NCBI GenBank assembly: GCA_964035545.1
Contig: OZ037767.1
Location: 16,799,781 to 16,863,780, forward strand
DNA length: 64,000 nucleotides
Direction of reading: 5' to 3'
Origin: Bugula neritina
Taxonomy: Eukaryota; Animalia; Bryozoa
Shown: one piece after another, positions 26,101 to 39,500 of the stretch
Position numbering within the stretch: position 1 is the first letter of the stretch
Layout of the letters: each line of letters begins with the position of its first letter
The notes under the pieces: model-generated
The model's database searches: none
Seen by the model: the letters and a program-made list of their open reading frames with translations, nothing else
What the model was told of the DNA's origin: nothing
Program-made: the position numbers and the translations under genes

Positions 26101-28577
26101 ATATACTGTCTAGTTACTAGTACATACTATCTAGTTACTAGTACATACTATCTAGTTACTAGTATATACTATCTAGTTACTAGTACATACTATCTAGTTA
26201 CTAGTATATACTATCTAGTTACTAGTATATAATATCTAGTTACTAGTATATACTGTCTAGTTACTAGTATATACTATCTAGTTACTAGTATATACTATCT
26301 AGTTACTAGTATATACTATATAGTTACTAGTATATACTGTCTAGTTACTAGTATATACTGTCTAGTTACTAGTATATACTGTCTAGTTACTAGTATATAC
26401 TGTCTAGTTACTAGTATATACTATCTAGTTACTAGTATATACTGTCTAGTTACTAGTATATACTGTCTAGTTACTAGTATATACTATCTAGTTACTAGTA
26501 TATAGTATATACTGTCTAGTTACTAGTATATACTGTCTAGTTACTAGTATATACTGTCTAGTTACTAGTACATACTATCTAGTTACTAGTATATACTGTA
26601 TAGTTACTAGTATATACTGTATAGTTACTAGTATATACTATATAGTTACTAGTATATACTATCTAGTTACTAGTATATACTGTATAGTTACTAGTATATA
26701 CTATATAGTTACTAGTATATACTATCTAGTTACTAGTATATACTGTCTAGTTACTAGTATATACTATATAGTTACTAGTATATACTATCTAGTTACTAGT
26801 ATATACTATCTGGTTACTAGTATATACTGTCTAGTTACTAGTATATACTATATAGTTACTAGTATATACTATCTAGTTACTAGTATATACTATCTGGTTA
26901 CTAGTATATACTATATAGTTACTAGTATATACTATCTAGTTACTAGTATATACTGTCTAGTTACTAGTATATACTATATAGTTACTAGTATATACTATCT
27001 AGTTACTAGTATATACTATCTAGTTACTAGTATATACTGTCTAGTTACTAGTATATACTATATGTGTGTGACGTCTGCAGACAGCTCCCAGGAAGACAAC
27101 TCCTCAAGTACAGACAGACTGGTGTCCCAGTATGTGTACAATGCTGACGCAGACATTCAGTCAGCCGCTGCCTCAGCATACCCTGACAGTGATTGGAGGA
27201 GTCAACTGGACGATGATGACAACGGCGTCGCCACCAGCTCTCCGAGCAAACCTCACCAAATCTCCCCAGTGGTTTCCAACACCAGTGCACACCATGTGTC
27301 AGCTGACGTTCTGGAAGGTTCCAGTGACGGGTAATTACTGAGGATAATATCACTATTCTGTGTTACATAGCAATAGCATCACTATGCAATGTACTGTAAC
27401 AGCTGGGTATTGCATCTGTTGGTTTTATGACGAATTTATTGTATCACTGTTAAGTAGTCTAGAAATTAATATTGATTTTCATAGGTTTCAAGATAGTCGT
27501 GCCAGTGCCGCAGATGGTAACCTATCGGCCAATGATTCAGCTGTGTCGATCAATGATACGTTTGATCACACTTCAGTGGCCAATAGTGTTTTGGATGGCA
27601 GTGTAGCAGTAAGTGAGGATGAAGCAGCCAATGAGGTGGCAGATGAGAGTATAGGAGCCAATCAAGTAGCAGATGAGAGTATGGGGGCCAATGAGGTAGC
27701 AGATGAGAGTATGGGAGCTGATGAGAGTGTAGAAGCCAATGAATTGGCAGACGAAAACATGCAAGCCAATGATATAGCAGATAAGAGTGTAGCAGCTAAT
27801 GAAGTAGCAAATGAGAGTGGAAGAGCCAATGAGATAGCAGATGACAGTGTAGGAGCCAATAAGGTAGCAGATGACAGTGTAGGAGCCAATGAGGTAGCAG
27901 ATGACAGTGCAGGAGCCAATGGGGTAGCAGATGACAGTGTAGGAGCCAATAAGGTAGCAGATGACAGTGTAGCAGCCAATGAGGTAGCAGATCAAAGCAT
28001 ATTGGCCAATGAGTCTATCCACGAGGTTAGCGTTGCCTCTTAAGTATCCAATAGTTCACTATTTTCATATCTATTCACTCTGATGTCATTTAGGAAGGAT
28101 TTCATGTTGAACTAATTTTAGATTGAATGGAGTGAAAATGATGACGTTTTGGTTGATGAGTCACAAAGTGAGTCTATGCTTGGAGATGATTTCGGGAATT
28201 TACATGCCGACTACACTGTGAGAGGTTAGGAGTTATAGCTACTAGTGTTGGTACTGAGTTATTACCAGTACTAGTACTAATACTAGTACTAGTACCTCTA
28301 CTATTACTACTATTGCTGCTGAGTTATTACTAGTACTACTGCTACTAGTACTAGTGTATGATAGTAGTGGAAGTGATATCTAACTGAGCTGTGCTAATGT
28401 TTAGATTCCGAAGACGAAGTCTCCTTCTCTAGTCCTGCGATGAAACGACGCAGTCGCAGGTCAACTTTTCTAATGCCTGTACCTCACAGTGATGAAGAAG
28501 GAGAGATCAATGACGAGCAAGAGATTAATGCGGATCACTCTGATGATGAACTCACGGACTACAGTGACCTCTATTAG
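14139..28577 (+). CDS. ERCC6L: ERCC6L / PICH SNF2-family DNA translocase, multi-exon
   Basis: N-terminal TPR modules, then [46 protein letters not shown] (Walker A), [11 protein letters not shown] (DExH), [88 protein letters not shown], and the PICH-family [10 protein letters not shown]; acidic tail ends DYSDLY* at 28577. Confidence 0.93.
16926..17269. mobile_element. PIF/Harbinger (Tourist-like) MITE
   Basis: About 70-bp TIRs (gcctagggcca...ttttcgcatgcgaaaattgaaatcacaagtagcaaaggtgtc) with TAA on both sides (16923-25, 17270-72); removing it restores the local gtactaagtgtaagt repeat. Confidence 0.85.
17273..17562. repeat. 13-bp minisatellite gtaagtaacagat / gtaagtaacaagt
   Basis: About 20 copies ending just before the acceptor at ~17573. 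Confidence 0.9.
17729..18680. repeat. Intron made almost entirely of a 30-bp array (17729-17998) and a 15-bp array (aatataatatgctgt, ~18010-18675)
   Basis: Direct tandem copies; the first 30-bp unit begins at the GT donor. Confidence 0.95.
18790..19290 (+). repeat. 42-bp tandem repeat straddling an ERCC6L splice acceptor
   Basis: About 12 copies of atacaaagagtatatgttayAG|katctgtacactaaactcta; the last copy starts the [10 protein letters not shown] exon at 19272. Confidence 0.92.
20405..20680 (+). repeat. 28-bp tandem repeat straddling an ERCC6L donor
   Basis: ctac|GTAAGTgtaactctacgtgtgtta, about 9 copies; true donor at 20410. Confidence 0.92.
21519..21885. repeat. 22-bp minisatellite filling a whole intron (gtgctataatgtcatagacaat)
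   Basis: About 16 copies running from the donor GT to the acceptor. Confidence 0.92.
22029..22296. repeat. 24-bp minisatellite (tgaaacataccacaatgtagactg)
   Basis: 11 copies. Confidence 0.95.
22732..23038 (+). repeat. 29-bp tandem repeat straddling an ERCC6L donor
   Basis: gacaccttactgactacaCAG|GTgtgtat, about 10 copies; true donor at 22762. Confidence 0.92.
23292..23816 (+). repeat. 32-bp tandem repeat straddling an ERCC6L acceptor
   Basis: ttatactgCAG|attcatttcctgtggaactgt, 16 AGs spaced 32 bp (23315 to 23795); the exon [15 protein letters not shown] starts at 23796. Confidence 0.95.
24409..24791. repeat. 15-bp minisatellite (ctactagttcacctt)
   Basis: About 25 copies filling an intron. 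Confidence 0.95.
26036..27062. repeat. 21-bp quasi-palindromic minisatellite (tactatctagttactagtata); short copy also at 25118-25190
   Basis: About 48 copies. Confidence 0.95.
27622..28015 (+). repeat. Coding 30-bp repeat in ERCC6L C-terminal exon ([10 protein letters not shown], about 13 copies)
   Basis: In-frame within exon 27485-28026, which has phase-compatible junctions. Confidence 0.85.
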
Positions 28578-29169
28578 CCCCTCCCATCTGGGGATCAGAA
28601 TCTTCATTAAACTTCGGGCTCATATTTTGTAAAACCAGTTTGGTTTATTGTGTGGCATGGCTTAGTCCTGGAAATATTTAATATCACAATATTGCTTGCT
28701 AGTTTGTGCACTATTTTCTTATGAATTTTGACTTATATTTTGTATCCTCAGTTATCAATAGTTTCATGATGCTCAGTGAGTTTTCATTTAATAGGAAGTC
28801 TTATTTTAGATGTAATTCAACTACATTTTATTTTGGCTAACACTTGAAATAAATACTATTATACTTTACATCTTTTGCTCACCACTACCTTTATCTTTGT
28901 ATTTCAATTTGCAAGCCTGACAGTGATTGCAGTAACTTGCAAGGATGAAAACATTACCTGTGATATAACGTCAAGTTTCCAAAAATTATAAAGTCTCAAG
29001 TAGCTGTTGATAAAATTGATTGAAATCATACAAAGTTTATAAGTTTATAAATCTCAAAATATAAATTGAGTCTAAACTGTAAAATAAGTTCCTCTACCCA
29101 AATATAGCTCCTACTGCTTTATTTAAAAAAGTTGCTAACTTGCATCGGCTATATTTGATGGCAGTTTTT

Positions 29170-29262
29170 ACCCGACACGTGATTGGTTGGTATTCAAAAC
29201 GCAGGCCGATTGCAGAACGTTTTAAAAGCATCGAGACAAAAAACATGGCGGCCGCCATGTGA
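29170..29262 (+). promoter_or_regulatory. Candidate TARBP1 promoter / 5' exon
   Basis: cacgtg E-box plus attgg (CCAAT, reverse) at ~29176-29187, and the perfect palindrome ACATGGCGGCCGCCATGT (29243-29260) carrying YY1-type motifs on both strands. Confidence 0.45.
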
Positions 29263-30598
29263 AGTGACAATGTATCATGATTCTCAGAGTCAATCAATTC
29301 ATTCGAATCCCTAGCGTTAAATACGGCTCATGATTTATAGTTATACATCTAGAACTTCTTTATTTCTCTAGTCTAATTAGCTGAAATTCTTTAATTTTAA
29401 TCTGTTGTAAAATGCCATAAAACTTAAAAGTAAGACTATCAGTATCAGTGCCAACTTTTTCACATTGACTGTTGACATTGAGTTTGACTTGAAGTTGATG
29501 CCGATTGTATCTCACCTCTTAAGTTTTAAAACTCTCTCATTCTGATTCTTATTCTGACTTTCATTTTAAAGTAGACTCCGGCTGTAGTATTACTTTTTTT
29601 GCTACTACTTCAACTTGAACTTGTATTACTATTAGTATTACTATTACTATTAGTATTACTATAGTATAAGTATAAGACTAAGTATAACATTATGATTAAC
29701 TATTACTATTGTATTAGTATTATTATTAATATTATTATAACTATAAGTTTCACTGCCTATTATCATGATTACATTTCATTATTTGTATTGCTATTACTAT
29801 TAGTATTACTATTAGTTATTATATTATATTATACTAGTACTAGTAGTAGTTATATTTCAATATTTGTATAGCAATAGTTATTATAGTTAAAGTAACATGT
29901 TGTCATTTTGATCTTGTCATTATGATTAATTTTGAATGAGTGATTGTGGTGCGAAGCTTTTGAGTGCTTCCTAAAGCATTTTGTTTTGTGATAAAATAAT
30001 ATTATAAATGTGGTAATCAGTATTATGGAATACCCTTAATGATTATATCTAATATTCATTTGTAGTTTTTAAAACTTAATTCACATTTAATTTTATTCAA
30101 AATCATTACCAAAAGGCCTACATTTTATATATAGAATAAAGCACATATGTATTTGAACATGTTCCTTCTACCAATGGTCTTATTATTTTATTCTGAATCT
30201 TATTGATAGTGATTAGATAGTTAAGTGGGCTGATATATAAATTAAAATATATATCTTTGATTTATATTGTTTATTAATATTGTAGCATCAGATAATGTTC
30301 AGTCTGAATAACAGCCTCAGTTATATTTGATGCAGTTAAACATGAGCCTGTATGGCTTTGGTAAACTCTTTGGTTAAACTCACAAGCAACTATGGTGACT
30401 TCACTATTAGTGTCAGTAGTTTAGAGTTTGATTAAGACTATCAGAAAGGTCTATTACTTTACAACAGCACCTGCATTGTGTATAATGAGTTATTCATTTC
30501 TGGCTATTCATTTTGTACTTCGTGGTCCTCTGAACCTGTACATATATTACAGCATAGAGAATGTGCAGATGGAATGTGTGATACTATAGCAGATAAAG

Positions 30599-33500
30599 AT
30601 GGCGCTGTTGGACTCGTTGGTGACTGTCTTACAGTACCAACTGAACATCAGTATGGAGTCTGAGGACTGTTCTAGTTTACAGTCGGTAATCTCTCTCATA
30701 CGAGAACACTTGAACTCATCTCGTGACGTCACACACCTGGATGAAGTTCTGAAACCCAATATCATACGTCTGCTCTCCTCTGATTGGTCAGATAGTAACT
30801 CGCGGTATAAGCTGTTACGATGCTGTCTTCCAATTTGCTCCAATAATCTAGTTGAAACCATCACTGATTGTTTATCAGCAGAGACCACGGCTGCAAGTGT
30901 GCGATTAGATTTCTATGCAATGATTCTAACTCACTGTCCTGCTGGGCAGACAACTTCCCAACTAAAAGTGAAGTTTTTACATGAGATACTGGAGCAGCTG
31001 ACAGACATTGTAGAGAGTGATGACATCAACATGGGCAAGCGGGCTGGTCGTTTGCTGCGTCTCGTATGGAGTGTTGTTGATGATGAAGCATTGTCTCGCA
31101 TTGACAGAGTTCTGTACGGGGTTGATGAGAAAGGAGTACGTTCATCTTGCACCTACCTGATACTTACCTGCATATGTGACCTACTTCTGAAAGAGAACAG
31201 GTTTATGGAAAGCTTCTGGCATTTACTTGTCGAAGTAAGTCTAGACTATTCCTAAAAACAGCAGCATATATGACATTCGTTTTGCTTTGGAAATGTCTAT
31301 ATTTGATGAGTGCTTTGGTAACTTGATTGTCCCATTTTACTTTGACTTGTAAGACGTTTTCAATACGGCTACTGGTTCTAGTCAACATAATCATATATGA
31401 ACAGGGCATGAAGTCTAAGGAAGGAGTTGTAAGAAAACAGTGTATCTATATGGTAAAAACTGTGCTAGATGCGTATGACAAGAACCTGCTAGAAGTGTCA
31501 GGTTGTCCTCTCATGAATCTCCAAGCAGACAATAGGGAGGCGACTCTCAATGTATGGAGTCATTACATCCTGTTTATGGAATGTCTAAATGAGAAGCAGG
31601 TTTGTACTCGTAGCTTATATTCCTGTTATGTGATTGGCTGCGTCGCATTATATAATATTCTGTCTTATTGTATTATATATTCATCATGTGTTGACACATT
31701 CATCACGTGTTGATATATTCATTACGTGTTTATATATATTCATCATGTTGTAGTATCACATTGTTCAACCCAACTTTGCTAGACTGGAATACATTCTCCC
31801 AGCTGTAGGTGAAGGTCTGTTGATTTATTTATTTTGTTTTACTGTTGGGAGTTATCCTTCCAGTCATTGCCTTGGAGTACTATTACATAATTACAGCTTG
31901 CATTTTATTCAACTCTAATGTGGCTTTTAATTTTACCTTCTGATCTACAAGAATAAAAACATTACACAGCTCAGTAAACTGTGACGCCTACTGCTGTGAC
32001 GTGACGTCTGAAATGTTTCTCCCAGGTGTTATCCACATCAGATGGTTACTGGCTCTACTCACCAGACTGCTGGCTCATGATAACATGCAGGTCAAGCGTT
32101 TTGCTCTCCTCTATGTACTCAACCTGGACTATCACCTACACAGAGTCTTTCTTTCTCACCAACCTCTGGCCGTAAGTAGCTGCCTCCAGATTATAAGTAG
32201 CTAATCTTGGGCTAAAGTCTAAGTTCTTGGGCTAGGGTTCTAGAATTGTTAATGAATTCTGTAATTTACTTATTCTATTAGTTCATGATATGAATTACAA
32301 TTTAGTCTCTCAAGATAATGATTATAATTGCATAGTATATAGTGTAATAGTGTATAGTATAGAATATAGTGTAATAGTGTATAGTATATAGTGTATATTA
32401 TATAGTATAGTATATAGTGTAATAGTGTATATTATATAGTATAGAATATAGTGTAATAGTGTATATTATATAGTATAGTATATAGTGTAATAGTGTATAT
32501 TATATAGTATAGAATGTATAATAACATATAGCGTGTAGTATACACAGACTTTGTACTCAGGTTTTATCCAAGGACTTCATTGTGATGGCCAATCAGAGTG
32601 CTTTCTTCACCAGACGTCCAGATCAAACAGAGGCTGTGATACCAGAAGTATTCAGAGCTATGCAGAGCTACTTGACGTGTGTGGTATCTGCTCTGGGTGA
32701 TGACAACTGTAAGGGTAGGTAACTCCCTACTTATTCTAGTAGAGTTGGTATTGTGTGTACACATTTATACAGAACCTACTGTGTGACCACACAACTAGGC
32801 TTGTATTGTATAAACGTATAGATAATTGACTTGTAGCTGAGGTTATAATAGTTTATATTACAGATACTTCTAGTCTATTGCCCTGTTCTGTAGCTACATT
32901 CCTCAGGGGGGTTATCAACACGTTAGCCTCCTCCCCCTGGTGTCCAGTGCCCTGCATGTACTGGCTGGCCGCCATCTCCTCCCTAAACCACCCGAGTTAC
33001 AAAGGCTGCTGGGACGAGCAATCTCTGGCCGTGATTGTAGACATGATTGGGAACCACCTGCTTCTCTCTGACAGGAGAATTAGACATGCTACTTGCTACT
33101 ACCTGTTGACAGCTGTCACTAACCTATGTCAGGTATTAACACTTGCTACTACCTGTTGACAGCTGTCACTAACCTATGTCAGGTATCAACACTTTCTACT
33201 ACCTGTTGACACTAACCTATGTCAGGTATCAACACTTGCTACTATCTGTTGACAAGTTACATTTATTGGAGGAAATTATGTGGCCACTTATCATTAATTG
33301 ATTTGCTGGGTTGTGTATTAGCATAACATTATTTTCTAGCCAATGATACTTTCTCTACTAACATTATTCGTATTCTGCGTGGTTTTGTAGATTAACAGTT
33401 CCACTATTGACCTTTTCTGTATTCTACTGACTCAACTCCGAGCTGATGATATTGTGAAATATGGAAGCAAGCAGTGGGAGGCCGTCAAAGCGTCCCTCCA

Positions 33501-36500
33501 AGTAGAAATAGAAGCTGGGAATCTCAGTCTAGACAGCTTGCTGACGTCTGGTTAGTTGTTCAGATCTGTGATGTCATTCAAACCTCATTTCCTGTCACTC
33601 GCTGACTACATTGTAACTCTGGTTGTAGCGTATAAAGAGGAAATGGCCCTGCTGCTACTCCCGTTGAGCTCTGAGGCTGACACTGACCTCACCGTAGTTT
33701 CCTGGCTGTCCAGGTCATGTGGAGAGATATTGAGCACTTGTGGAGATCGAGCGTACGTCAGTCAGTCGTCGGTTGAAGAGGCGTTACGCTCTGTAACTCT
33801 GGTACACCATATCCTGTTCTCTGGTGTTTCTCACTGCAGTGACCAGAGAACTGAGGAGATGTTGAGAGGAGGTCTGGAAGAGTTGCAGACGTTCATATCT
33901 GGTGTGGCGGACAGTTCCTGTGAATATTTCCTGTCCTTGTTACAGCAGGTGAGTTTGCTCAGAAGTATTATGTATTAACTTACCTGTACATTGAATATAC
34001 ATCACTTATTGCTGTGCTCTCTGCATATATACTGTCTGCATATACTGTCTGCATATATACTCTCTGCATATACACCCTCTGCATATATACTCTCTGCACA
34101 TACTCTCTGCATATATGCTCTCTGCATATATGCTCTCTGCATATATTCTGTGACTATCTGCTATTTTATATGACATGCTGAACTTCAAAGCATCTGATAA
34201 ATATAATACACAAATGTTATCTAGCCAATGGATAACTACTGTAGGTAAATTTCTAATGTAAATAAAATTTTGTTTGTGTTTTTTGTTTCCAGAAAACAGA
34301 AGTAGCGGAGGATGTGAAAGGAACAGTTCTGGGGTTCGTTGAACTGCTGTCAGCCAATGGAAAACTTACACATCACTCTTCATTATTGGCTGATAAGATA
34401 TGTACCAGAGCATGTAGCAATATGGCTGAGACGGTAAAAAGCATTTTATTTGATTTCACTAGAACTGTGTGTTATATGATGAGTAGAGTAATATTATATG
34501 ATGAGTAGAGTAATATTATATGATGAGTAGAGTAATGTTATATGATGAGTAGAGTAATGTTATATGATGAGTAGAGTAATGTTATATGATGAGTAGAGTA
34601 ATGTTATATGATGAGTAGAGTTATGTTATATGATGAGTAGAGTAATGTTATATGATGAGTAGAGTAATGTTATATGATGAGTAGAGTAATGTTATACGAT
34701 GAGTAGAGTAATGTTATATGATGAGTAGAGTAATATTATATGATGAGTAGAGTAATATTATATGATGAGTAGAGTAATGTTATATGATGAGTAGAGTAAT
34801 GTTATATGATGAGTAGAGTAATGTTATATGATGAGTAGAGTAATGTTATATGATGAGTAGAGTTATGTTATATGATGAGTAGAGTAATGTTATATGATGA
34901 GTAGAGTAATGTTATATGATGAGTAGAGTAATGTTATATGATGAGTAGAGTAATGTTATATGATGAGTAGAGTAATGTTATATGATCAGTAGAGTAATGT
35001 TATATGATGAGTAGAGTAATATTATATGATGAGTAGAGTAATGTTATATGATCAGTAGAGTAATGTTATATGATCAGTAGAGTAATGTTATATGATGAGT
35101 AGAGTAATGTTATATGATGAGTAGAGGAATGTTATATGATGAGTAGAGTAATATTATATGATGAGTAGAGTAATGTTATATGATGAGTAGAGTAATGTTA
35201 TATGATGAGTAGAGTAATGTTATATGATGAGTAGAGTAATGTTATATGATGAGTAGAGTAATGTTATATGATGAGTAGAGTAATGTTATATGATGAGTAG
35301 AGTAATATTATATGATGAGTAGAGTAATGTTATATGATGAGTAGAGTTATGTTATATGATGAGTAAAGTAATGTTATACGATGAGTAGAGTAATGTTATA
35401 TGATGAGTAGAGTAATGTTATATGATGAGTAGAGTAATGTTATATGATCAGTAGAGTAATGTTATATGATGAGTAGAGTAATGTTATATGATGAGTAGAG
35501 TAGTGTTATATGATCAGTAGAGTAATGGCCGGATTTGTGTTCTCTCTAATAGAGTGATTTAGAGTGGAGACTGTTGAACACAGTGATGTCTTCATCTACT
35601 TTACCTTCCCACTTATACAACCAGCTTTACCTCTCCTTTGTGAATTCTGATGTTTCTCCTAACTACAGGTAATAATATACTTGACCTCTACACATAATAT
35701 ACTTGACCTCTACACATACACCGGCTTTCCATGTACCGATCTCAGATCGATCTCAGGGAGATTGATCCATGGAAAGACGTCAAAGATCGATCTCAGTCGT
35801 TCTGAGCTGGTCGGTCTGTAGAGCTCGAACTCAGATCGATCTCAAGGCAATAAGACCATGGAAAGACGAAAGATCGATCCGAGAAGTAGAAAAATGACTG
35901 CTCGCTAAAATGTTGTCTGCTAATGAAAATGATAACTTATTGTTAATTACTAAGCAAAGTACTTAATAATTAAGATAGCCATTTTTTCAAGTGCCAAAAC
36001 TTTGACTTTTAGTAAAATGATTAAGAAAACTTAATTATGTAAAATTATAGACGGTAGAAGATACAAAAAGTGAGAGCATTTAAATTGAATTTAAACGGCT
36101 AGTATAACGCACTGTCATTAGTTATTTGCTGCGTAATCGTGAGCCTAATAGTCACGTAAGTTTATTAATAAGCTCCACAACAGCTATTAATTTTATATAA
36201 GCTGTCAAGCTAAAATATTAAAATCAATTATCTCAAATTGGCCAAGTTACTTCATATTAAAAACTTTACTGCGTAGAGTTTATAGCTGACGTTAAATTTT
36301 AGACTACGAAAATTTTGTTTTTCAACAGCAGTAGCTTTTATCGCTCAGGTGGGCGAAAAAAATATACTGTTAAAGTAGTCTTCACCTAAGAGGAGGCAAC
36401 TCCGAGAGATCGATCTGACACTCTCATGGAAAAATGATCGATCTGAGCACATTGCTTAGATCGATCTCGCTGAGATCGATCTGAGATCGGTACATGGAAA

Positions 36501-39500
36501 GCCCGTGATAATATACTTGACCTCTACACATAATATACTTGACCTCTACACATAATATACTCGACCTCTACACATAATATACTTGACCTCTACACATAAT
36601 CACGGGCTTTCCATGTACCGATCTGAGAAATGTGCTCAGATCGATCGTTTTTCCATGAGAGTGTCAGATCGATCTTGCGAAGTTGCCTCCTCTTAAGTCA
36701 AGGATACTTTAAAAGTATAATTTGTTCACCTATTTGAGTGATTAAAGCTACTACTGTTGAAAACAAGATGGTCGTAGTCTAAAATTTAATCCCAGCTATA
36801 AACTATACGCAGCAAAGCTTTCAGTGTATGATAATTTGGCCAATTTAAAATAATTAATTTTAATTTTTTAGCTTGACAGCTTATATAAAATCAATGGCTA
36901 TCTTGCAGATTATTAATAAACTTACAGGACTGTTAGGCTTAAAATTACAAAGAAAATAGCTAATGAAACTAAGTTTTAATAGTCATTTAAATTCAATTTA
37001 AATTCTCCCATTTTTTTACCTTCTACTGCATATAATTGAGTTTTCTTAATCATTGTACTGAAAGTCAAAGTTTTGGTACCTGAAAATGTGGCTATCATAA
37101 CTGTTTAATCCTTTGCTTAGTAATTATCAATAAGTTATCATTTTTATTAGCAGACAACATTGTAGCGCGCAGTCTTTTTCTACTTCTCAGATCGATCTGG
37201 CGTCTTTCCATGGTCTTATTGACATGAGATCGATCTGAGTTCGAGCTCCACAGACCGACCAGCTCAGATCGACGGAGATCGATCTTTGGCGTCTTTCCAT
37301 GGATCGATCTCGCTAAGATCGATCTGAGATCGGTACATGGAAAGCCGGTGAATATACTTAACCTCTACACATAGTATACTTGACCTCTACACATAATGTA
37401 CTCGACCTCTACACATAATATACTTGACCTCTACACATAGTATACTCGACCTCTACACATAATATAGTTCTGTGATATTCATAGACCCGGATTGCACGAG
37501 CAGTACACAAAGTGGTTAGTCAATTACTGGTACCTGAAAACGGCGCCCCCTCCAACTGTAGACTGGATGCAGTGGTACTCTGAGGCTACAGATTCGCTCT
37601 CTGTTATGTATAGAGATGACAGCTGTGTGCTCTTCCAGTGTCTCTGCATCATTCTCCCCCAGGTGACCCTCTCAACTCACTCTATACGCTCCTTATACCC
37701 TCATCCTCTCCTCCCCCTCGTATAGTCATGTGAGAACTGTGTGCTGTGATTTTATTATACCTAGTACCGAGGGTGTAGCTTCAGGTTTACCTTTCACAGC
37801 TTGAGACGGGGGCTGTGTGTGACGCCGCAGATTCTATGTTAGCTAAGATAGAGGAAGAGAGCAACAACTCCCACTACCTTCCGCTAGTCACCAGTCTGGT
37901 AGAATGTCTGTTCTCAGTGCGTCTACTGCAACGTGATGAGGTGTGGCCTACTCTGTCAAAGGTTAGCGTAGCTTTTCATTAACTTTCACATACTTTTCAT
38001 CATATGTGTCTTTTATGGGGAGTTCACTGTTCTGTATTATTATAGGTGTTCACTGTAATGTTGTGTTACAGGTGTTCACTGTACTATATTATTACAGGTG
38101 TTCACTGTACTATATTATTACAGGTGTTCACTGTACTATATTATTACAGGTGTTCACTGTACTATATTAACACAGGTGTTCACTGTACTATATTATTACA
38201 GGTGTTCACTGTACTGTCTTATTATAGGTATTCACTGTACTGTCTTATTATAGGTGTTCACTGTACTGTTTTATTACAGGTATTCACTGTACTGTCTTAT
38301 TGTAGGTGTTCACTGTACTATATTATTACAGGTATTCACTGTACTGTACAGTCGAGCTGAAGAAAAGCCGGGTGTAGCAAACATTCTTAGCCGTCAAATT
38401 CACCGTCTCGTCTGCTCCCACAGCATGACGGTATCTCTCCTCTCTCATTGGCTGGTACAGCTCGCTATGTTTGGCCCGATTCACAACAAAGCGCACAGGT
38501 TTGCTAGCTGAAAACACAGTTTGATGAGCAACATGAGTATTTATAGCTGTTGGTAAAAGTTGTAATACCTCTCTATAGCCATATTATATATGATTACAGT
38601 CGAAGTCCTAAGCATCCTTGATAATGTTGATGTAGGGGTTGTATCTACTGTAGGACTGTTGAAGATGCGTTCACCTTCTTAGAGGAAACGCGAGTTCTCA
38701 CTGAAGCTAAGCTCTCTGCGGGAGAGAAAAGGTGAGAAATGAGGGCGCTACAGGGTACGTATCCTCACCTGCCCTCGGGACGGGGGGGGGGGTTATGTTG
38801 GTATAATAAATACTCTTTATGCTAAAGGCAGTAGAAAGCTCCCCATATACATGGTTTGATGTATATAACTTGGAGTTGTGCTCCCCCAGCCCTGCCAGAG
38901 TGAGAAAACTCATAACATATTATGTAGAGTTGGGTGGGACATATCCGACCATGAAGTGAGGGTGTTGGCCGTAGAATCAGTCATCTGTCTGTGTGAGAAC
39001 TCCCCTGCCCTCTACGCTACTCTGCATGACATACTAGGAGAGATCAGTGAGGCTTACCACAGCCTTCTCGCTGTCAAGTGTTACAGTAACTTTCCCAACG
39101 CTGTCTCCCATCGGCAGCGACACAGACTACTCTGTCTCCTTCTCTCTCTCCTCTCTTCTGCTGCCAAGGTCAGGGGTTACTGCTGCTCTAAACGATATCC
39201 TCCTTCTTTTTGATTTGTTAATTTAATTTTTTTGTGAATTGTAAAACCAGAATCTCTGTCTTTAGTTTATATAACTTGTAACACAGCGTGCTGCATAGTT
39301 TCTTGTAATGGAGTGTGTGTGAGGGACGTCAGCTTTCAGCCCCTCTTTTCTCTCGCAGGAGACTGAGATACAGGCTGAGCTGCTGTCTTTTCTCAAGTCT
39401 GGTCTACAGAAGGAACTGCAGCCTTCGTGTAGACATCAGTTGGAGTGGGTGTTCATATATCTCATGAGGTCGTCCCCTCAGCTCATAGGAACTTGGCTTA

